Shown here: piece by piece, positions 56,385 through 64,000 of the stretch
How the letters are laid out: every line of letters begins with the position of its first letter
Position numbering within the stretch: position 1 is the stretch's first letter
The notes under the pieces: generated by a model
What the model was told of the DNA's origin: nothing
Database searches by the model: none
What the model saw: only the letters and a program-made list of their open reading frames with translations
Position numbers and translations under genes: made by a program
Origin: the human T2T-CHM13v2.0 reference genome, Homo sapiens
DNA length: 64,000 bases
Strand: one strand, 5' to 3'
NCBI RefSeq assembly: GCF_009914755.1
Contig: NC_060928.1

Positions 56385-56650
56385 ACTTATTCTGTCATTC
56401 GTCCATTCATTAATTCATGCAGTAAATATTTATTTACTCTGTGCTTTTCAAGAGTGGCACTAAGCTAAAGTTACAGGTGCATCTCATTTAACCCTAAAAT
56501 GTTGGCATTATTGTTACCCAGATGTTACAGATGAAGAAACTGGGGTTAAGGTAGTTTAAGCAACATGTCTAATGTCATCTCACATGCCTAACATCTGGCA
56601 GTTATGGAGGAGCAAAGACTCAAAATGAATCTGCGTGGATCCAAAATCCG
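56385..56650 (-). mobile_element. L2 end and MIR fragments
   Basis: cattcattaattcatgcagtaaatatt; ttacagatgaagaaactgggg. Confidence 0.55.
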
Positions 56651-58321
56651 TGAATGTTATCTCTGTCTCAATGGATGGAAAAAAAAAAAAAGAAGGAGGA
56701 ATGTTTAGGGAAGCAAAATTACTTTATGGAAGACCAAGTCTGCAGGGCCAGCTGGCCATGCCTTCTGAGAAGGCTCAAGAGCTTTAAGCAGTGGCCAGAG
56801 GAACCTGTGCCTTTCTAGGTTTCAGGTGGACACCACAAAGGCATTATTCCTAGAAAAAACACACACGGGTCTTAAATTCTTGCACTTGAAATCCCATTCC
56901 CCATGTGCTGCAGAGCACATTCTTTGCATGTAACTTTTTAAAGTGGCCACATTCCTGCCATAGTAGTTATTAAGTGTGGTGTCAAAATGCCTTATGCATA
57001 TTACCAAGGAGTGATTTTCCCAGAAACATGTTTTAAATCATGTATATAGCAAGCACAGTAAAAATATAGCTGGGTGAGTTCGAACCAATAAAAAGCAGTA
57101 GAGAAACAGAAACCGGAGATAGTGAACCTACTTGGGCCCCTTGCAGAATTTCTCTACCTTAGGGGAACATGTCCAAATACACAACACATAAAAACACATA
57201 TTACAAGACAAAATTGAAGAACTTAGTCAATACTGCAAAGCTATTGGAGCTTTCAGGAAAAATAAAGGAGGTAAGGAACGACAATGTAAAAGAGAAACAG
57301 CAAGTGTAGAAATGGCTCCACAGAGGTGTGGATTTGTGGTTCTTCAGACTATCTAATGAGCCTTGGTGACTGAGGAAAAGAAAAGCACAGAGAGTGATGA
57401 CATTTCTTAAAACAACTTTTCTCTTTTTGGAGAGCGAAATGTCCCTCCAGCAGCCATGGAATAGCTTTTGGCTAGTGTGGCCATGAATGTGTGTGGTCTC
57501 TCTGGAAATCCTCGTTCCAGACAGGGTACTAAGGTCAAGATGAAATAACAAATGTGTGATAGAGAATTACTGGGACCCCTAGCCCCAAACCACAAATAGT
57601 AGTTAAAGGTTAATGAAAATTTTATCTGCATTGTCCTAGATCTCAGTCTAGAGAAAACAATGTGCTTATTGGAATCCAATCTAATAAGAACGCCCATCAA
57701 TGTGTTATGGAGCATTTTCAAAGGGATGAAAGCGCTGCCAAAAACTTTACATGCACCATCCCATCAAACCCTTACGTTTCAAGTAAGGCCACTTAGAAAA
57801 GAATTAGGTTTTTCTCTAAGAAACAGGCCAACAGAAAGTGCTCTGAAACAAGGTAGCGTTTTAGTAGTTACACTATTTCCCCACTAACCTGCAAAGCCAT
57901 GCCCACTTACACATAGTTTAACCAAGTGTTCTGGAGTCTTCTGCCCCACACATTCTTAATCACTGTTCCCCTCTCTACTCCCTTCTCCTGCTCACCACTT
58001 ACTAGAAGCGAGAGTGGGTTTCTGCACTTGAATGTTGGGAGCAGAGCCTAATCTCCTCAGTCCTGCATTTCAGCAGGAACTGCCCATTAAAAAGGTCGTA
58101 TGGACTCCCACCTGGCCAGGGAGCCTCGGCATCAGGCTGTCCACATTGTTCACTTGATAAGTCCTGCCCAGTGGGAAGCCTTTTCAATGCATAGAAGCTA
58201 TGGTGAGGCCAAGGCCATGCATATCAATGATAATAAGTATTGATCATTCTATGCTTCAAATGGTCCTCAGCTCTTTGATTATAACATCTCATTTAATTTT
58301 CACAAGCCAGTGATGGCAGTA

Positions 58322-58627
58322 TTTTTTTTTTTTTTTTTATTGAGACAGAGTCTCGCTCTGTCACCCAGGCTGGAGTGCAGTGGCATGATCTTGGTTCACT
58401 GCAACCTCCATCCGCCTCCTGGGTTCAAGTAATTCTCCTATCTCAGCCTCCCAAGTGGCTGGGACTACAGACGCATGCCACCACGCCCAGCCAATTTTTG
58501 TATTTTTAATAGAGACAGGGTTTCACCATATTGGTCAGGCTGATCTTGGACTCCTGACCTCAGGTGATTCACCTGCCTTGGCCTCCTAAAGTGCTGGGAT
58601 TACAGGCGTTAGCCACAGCACCCAGCC
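58322..58627 (-). mobile_element. AluS inserted in a MIR
   Basis: TSD cagtgatgg(c/t)agtatt at 58308 and 58628. Confidence 0.95.
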
Positions 58628-59265
58628 CAGTGATGGTAGTATTATACTCACTTGCACATAAGAAAATGAAGTCTCTGTTTATCAAGCAAAGCATGGATTA
58701 AAGCCCAAGAATGTTTGCATTGAACCCCTGTTCCCTTTCTCCTGCACCATCCAGCCTCTCAGCCCTGCATTGCCTGCTGAGATGGGCCTCAGGAGATCCT
58801 TCTCCACGTATCTCTCCTAGGAAGGAAGTATTTTCCGAATGAGATGTGAACCACGTATTTCCTAAGAATGTGGCCATTGTGGACCTGGACCTGGACACAG
58901 GCTAGGTCAGCTGAGAAGCATGTTACTCAAATGGTGGTTGTGACTGTCATAAGGCAGAAGAATAGTGTGGGGAACGGTTCTGCTACATGCCTAAAAGGAG
59001 CAAAGGGAAATTAATATTGTGCTTGAAACTAATAGCAAGTGATCAGCCTAACCCAAGACAGAGAAGGAAATAGCAACACTTTATGCTGGACTTAGAACTG
59101 CAGAGCAGGTGCACAGAGGGCTTTGAGGAACCTGATCCCTGGCTTTCTTTGTCTTCTGTTTCAGATAAAGGACAGTAATTATTTGGGACCCTTATTTCTG
59201 TTACCAGAAATGTGTGTGTTGATAAAAGCATTTATTTTCCTTTAGCTATGGCATGATGTAGGAAT

Positions 59266-59268
<3 letters not shown>

Positions 59269-59319
<51 letters not shown>

Positions 59320-59332
59320 AGAGAGAGAGAGA
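59269..59332. repeat. (GT)23 followed by (GA)7 compound microsatellite
   Basis: Direct count. Confidence 0.97.
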
Positions 59333-59928
59333 GCAAGCTGGCTTTGGAATCAGCAAACCTGAGGCTCAGCCTCACCTGTGGGGCACCCACCTAACCTCTC
59401 TGGACCAAGTTTCCATTTTTAGAAAGGACCGTTTTTAGCCCTAATGTTCTTTATTCTACTGACCTGCTGCCAGGGAATTGTCTACCTCTGATACTCTTCT
59501 TTCCTAGAGTCCACCTTACCCAAAGGATAGAACTTCCTCCATGGAACTGCCCACTTCTCCAGCTGCCAGAGTAGTACCTTCCTGGTGTTGTCCAGGGCGG
59601 GGGCAGGCAAGTGGCCTTAGGGATGCACAGGCCAATTTCTCACATAGTCTAATAACCTGGCCCATCCTGAAGCTCTCCCCACCAATTACCACCTGTTCCC
59701 TAAGAAAACATCAGTAGCTTCCACCTGCCCAATCATATCTCACCTGGGCGGACACACCCCCATCAGGGGAGTGAAGGGCTTAAGAGATGGAGCACGTGGA
59801 GGAAGAGGGTCAATACTGAGGAGCTTTCTGCTTTCTGAATGAAAGGAACAATATATCACCCAGAACATCATCATCTCTTCAATTATTATACTGCCGGGAC
59901 TTTTGTTCCTATTAAAATCTATCAGAAC

Positions 59929-60233
59929 AGCCAGATGTGGTGGCTCATGCCTGTAATCCCAGCACTTTGGGAGGCCGAGGCTGGGCTGGTGGATCACTTC
60001 GGGCCAGGAGTTAGAGACCAGCCTGGCCAACATGGTGAAACCTTGTCTCTACTAAAAATGCAAAAATTAGCTGGGAGTGGTGGCGGACACCTGCAATCCC
60101 TGCTACTCGGTAGGGAGGCTAAGTCAGGAGGATCACTTGAACCCAGAAGTGGAGGTTGCAGTGAGCTGAGATCACACCACTGCACCCCAGCCTGGGTGAC
60201 AGAGTGAGACTCTGTCTCAAAAAAAGAAAAAAA
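59929..60233 (+). mobile_element. Older Alu (J/early S)
   Basis: Full dimer, GGAGGATCACTTGAACCC, small internal indels. Confidence 0.9.
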
Positions 60234-60394
60234 GATCAGATCGTAACCCAGAGTTTGTTTGAGTACGCCAGTGGACCACTGTGAGTTAATTTCTTCCTGT
60301 TCAAAAAAATCCAAAGATCTCAGTAAAGGATAGCTTTGCCAACATTTTACTTGATTATATAAACTTTTCTACAAATGTCTATGCATTTGTGTCC

Positions 60395-60550
60395 TCATTT
60401 ATTCCTTCATTCAACAAATATTTATTGAGCTACCTATTATGTATGAGTTCCTGTATTAATCTGAGAACTCAGCAATTAACAAAACAGAGCCCTCATCCAC
60501 ATGGAAATAACATTCTAATAAGGAATGACATACAATAAATAAATAAGCAG
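60395..60550 (-). mobile_element. L2 3' end
   Basis: ttcattcaacaaatatttattgagc. Confidence 0.8.
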
Positions 60551-60879
60551 ACGCCTATTACAGGATTTATGGCAACTTAGAGATAAAGTATTATAGACCC
60601 AAAAGGACCCCCCTAGACACCAGCGATGGGGAGGAAGAATGAAAAGTTTTTTCTAGTAAAGGCTAAAAAAAAAACCCTCAGCTAAAATATCTCTTATTAT
60701 TTCATATGTGTGTGATTGGGGATTTTTTTTTTTTAACAAATACTAATGCAACAGCCAAATCTTATTTTCCTCATCAGAAAAACAAAGCTTTCAGCTTCCC
60801 TGGAAGCATGAAGGAAGAGCTGCAGCTTCTAGCCCCAGGACAGCCAGGAGTCTGCCCAGCCTGGCACAGCATGCCTGGA

Positions 60880-61220
60880 CCTCGAACGGGTTAAGGTACC
60901 AGCGCCTGAGCTCAGAGCGCTGCATAAACAGTGCACGTCAGGCGTTCTAAGCAAGCTTCATCTTCCTTGTCTCTCAGTCTTGGGCTGTCAATCAGCTGTC
61001 ACCAGCCCACACATCAGCAGCGTGTGCACATCACCGGGCTGTCAGCAAGGCAGCTGATGAGACTCGGCTCAAGACCGTCAATCATCTTTGTTTCTCTTCT
61101 CCACTCGGGAAATATTTTGGCTCGGAGAAACAAAGAGGCCTGGGCAACAATGGCTGGTAGTCAGGCATTTACTCCTGTTCATGGAGATAAGATCTTAAAC
61201 AGGCGATGATCGTGATTCAC
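60880..61220. promoter_or_regulatory. Candidate intronic enhancer with TALE-homeodomain and E-box sites
   Basis: CTGTCAATCA (reverse complement TGATTGACAG) at 60985-94; CTGTCA at 60996 and 61039; CCGTCAATCA at 61075; CAGCTG twice; 14 CpGs in ~340 bp. Confidence 0.5.
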
Positions 61221-61739
61221 TCCCAAATGATGCTGGGGTGGGATGGACAGAGGGAAGAGCCAGAATCTGTTGTATTAGGACATATTTTAATACTGTAATT
61301 CTAGTTCCCTGAGCAGTCCCTGATGGATTCCCGAACCAACAAAGCACAAGAACATAAAACAATGATAACTTGAAGTTATCTGAGCTTATGCCTCAGAAAA
61401 AAATAAGGTGGCTCAGGATGGATGACTGCTTGGTTAGAAATTAAACGCCATTGATCAGGCAGCTTTTTGAGGAGGGAGTAATTGTCGGACTGCTGAGTTC
61501 ATTTATCTCCCAGGGACTTCTGAAACACCTCTTTAGGGCATGAGGCTGCTTGGGGGCACCCACACACCGGAGAGCAAGTTAACTCAGCAGGACCCCTGTG
61601 AAGTAGGCTTATCAGTGTTTACACTAGGAGTCACTTTGTTGAATATAAAGGTGCTCTAAACAGCCCATTTTCTGATATACTACCTGCCCCTCCTCTCGCC
61701 CAAAATATTGATTAGAAATGTCCCACGTCCTTAAAAGTC

Positions 61740-61940
61740 CGTGAGACACAAACATGAAGAGATGCGCCTGGCAACCAGTTTCAGTTGGGCAGCAAGTCCA
61801 CTCCGGGCTGCTCCTCCCGTGTTTAACACTATTGCAGAATCACCATGTGCATATATTAGCATAATTAATCAGTTAATTATGCAATTGATTCTACTAGTAT
61901 AGTTGCTAATAGTATGCAAATAGCACCAAGTTGCCTAAAG
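61740..61940. promoter_or_regulatory. Candidate homeodomain/POU enhancer with a palindrome
   Basis: GCATAATTAA-TCAG-TTAATTATGC at 61859-82; octamer ATGCAAAT at 61914-21. Confidence 0.45.
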
Positions 61941-62924
61941 CCTCCCCCAATTTTTTGTTTAATTGTTGTTCTCTAGTGGCTTTGAAATAGATTAGCAACA
62001 ATCAGAGCTTTCAATCATACATATCAAGAACCCTATTACCTATAAATTTTTCAAATGTTCTGGATTGACTCATTCATACCATGACTGGTTCATCATTCCA
62101 TGGCTGGTTCCCTCATCATTTCAGTGTTTGTGACAGTGGGGATGTTTTTCCTCTGATGGATTCTTTCCTAGGTGCAACACTGATTTCTGAAAACACATCT
62201 CTCTCTGATCTAACTGGACATTAATTGCTTTTGTGCTGATGCATCTATGCCTCCTGGTCTGATAGCACAACTAGCAAATCTGATCTCTGACAAGTTGGCT
62301 GAACCTAATCAGGACAGATCAGCTGTTACCCAAGGTGCCACACGCTGTAATTTGAGGATCTTTACAGAGTTATCACTCGCCTGAAAGACAAGGAACTATA
62401 ATTCTGTCAACACTAATCCCAAACTGTATGTTCAAAGCAACTGTGGCCTCCCCACACCCCAAAAAAAGATAGCACTTGTCAAATAAATACCTGAGATAAT
62501 TGATAAGAGGGGATTAGAAGGATGTGGCTGATACAGTGACAGTAGGAATTATTATTTTTAAGAACCTCCAGAAGCAGAACATTGGATGTCAAGTGTGAAC
62601 CGTCAAGGATAAAAGAGGGTGGCAGAAAGAGATGCATGGAAATTGTCCATCATTCCGCTCCCACTCATCACTGGGTGACTTGGTTCATATTTGCCTCACT
62701 CTCTAAACAGGCAAATACCCAAACATTCTAAGCCTCGAAGGAAACCTGTCAGAGCCAACTAGGGCTGCCACCCAGTGACAATGACTCGATGAGAAGCAAG
62801 AACATTCTCAGGAGTGGAGGTATTATTGTCAGGCTGTCAGCTCTGTGCTATTCTCTGAAGACCCCTGCGGTTTTCTTACAGGCACAAAACGAGGTAATAT
62901 TAGAAAAATAAACTTCTTTCTTAC

Positions 62925-63027
62925 TGTATCGCTTTGGTCCATCTTCCAAACAAAATGAAAGGGTTAATGTGGCGTCATCTTCAAAAAATTCAGTGGCAAA
63001 GGCGTCCCACCAGAGGTTGTCACTATC
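62925..63027 (-). CDS. LDB2: LDB2 internal coding exon (second coding exon, 103 nt, phase 0 to phase 1), part of the N-terminal dimerization domain
   Basis: Minus strand reads tctgtctctttgCAG|GAT AGT GAC AAC CTC TGG TGG ... AAG CGA TAC A|GTAAGA, with canonical acceptor and donor. The peptide DSDNLWWDAFATEFFEDDATLTLSFCLEDGPKRY matches LDB2 as I recall it; LDB1 has ECDNLWWDAFTTEFFEDDAMLTITF. Confidence 0.97.
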
Positions 63028-64000
63028 CTGCAAAGAGACAGATCATTTATTTAACAAGGGAAAGTGGGAAATATCTCAAAGAGGAAGAGAAAAGGGAAGA
63101 GAAAGAAAAACTCAGCTGCTCCTTGCTCATTACTTCGCGTATGTGTGTAGGTGTTCTAGGAAAGGGTAGGTGGGCGGTCACTCTTCAAATTAATTGCCTC
63201 AAATAGGAACCAAATTCCAATTCAATAAGTGAGCTCAAACCAATCGAATAAAAATTAATTCTCCAGGATATATTTGGGGAGATTTAATAAATGTGCTATA
63301 AAACACAATGTGATGTTTTTTGACAAAAGGGTTTGCATTTAATGTAAAATACACTTGACTTTTTTTTCTCTTTCTCTCTCTCTGCTCTTTTAAGAGTTCA
63401 TTTTTATAAATAGAAACCACAATATTACAACCAGGTTAAACATAATTTTCATACATAATTTAATCAACAGAGATGTTCCTAGCTCTACTATACACAAATA
63501 TCCCTATAAAAGATACAGGTACAGATACATGGATGGATAGATTGATAGAGAAGTTCACACACAAGCGATTGTCACATATATATGGACTGTTCTTGATTGT
63601 TTTAAGAGGACAGGCAACCACTAGCTTGTTGTTAAAAAGAGTATTAAAAATAGAGCAGTTCAGCAGAATGCAGGCCATCCATATGAATTCTGTTTGTTTG
63701 TTTTGGGTTGAATGTTTCTCCTGCTCATGCAGAAAACACTTTGGAAGCGGCCCAGTTTAAGGCAGTCAGAATCACTGTTAATCTCCAAGGGGAGAAGAAG
63801 GCCCCTCTCACAGTGAATTAAGAAGGTTATACAGAGTGTCATATTTACAGGAGGAATCACATCCCAGTCAAATTCTCAGTATAGGACCTGATTTATCCCA
63901 AAATTCTTAAGCACCATGTTTTTCCAGAGAATTAGAAGTTGAAGACAAGATGCATCCCAGCTGCCTGTCAGATGGAAGGGGAGATAGAAGGGGAATTGCC
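63028..64000 (-). other. LDB2: 3' end of the preceding LDB2 intron
   Basis: Ends in a polypyrimidine tract plus CAG at 63028-63030 on the minus strand. Confidence 0.9.

Noticed and set aside
62848-63033. Full 61-aa ORF as a standalone gene
   Set aside because: Only 62925-63027 is exon. The apparent start (TTG CAG) is the splice acceptor, and the SKKEVYF... tail is intron read-through past the GTAAGA donor.

Overview
Primate, very likely human, genomic DNA. It is AT-rich, repeat-dense and almost entirely intronic. The only supportable protein-coding sequence is a 103-nt minus-strand internal exon (62925-63027) encoding DSDNLWWDAFATEFFEDDATLTLSFCLEDGPKRY. I recognise this as the second coding exon of LDB2 (LIM domain-binding 2), so 1-62924 is the following intron and 63028-64000 the preceding one. 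The rest is Alu, L1, L2, MIR, MaLR/ERV LTRs, DNA-transposon MITEs and microsatellites; the other ORFs in the track are largely repeat-derived or chance. Repeat subfamily names come from my recall of consensus sequences and need RepeatMasker confirmation. I see no evidence for a wholly new biological system. Best leads: (1) a 52-nt cassette exon with clean splice sites (56203-56254, sense to LDB2) that would frameshift the mRNA but also carries an ATG in frame with the next exon; (2) an enhancer-like module 1-2 kb into the intron with a perfect PBX-MEIS/PREP decamer and a perfect GCATAATTAA inverted repeat; (3) two ancient inverted copies of one ~280-bp donor near 27.2-27.4 kb; (4) TA microsatellites apparently born inside Alu 3' target-site duplications, one now a ~140-bp near-perfect palindrome; (5) a perfect 61-bp tandem duplication.
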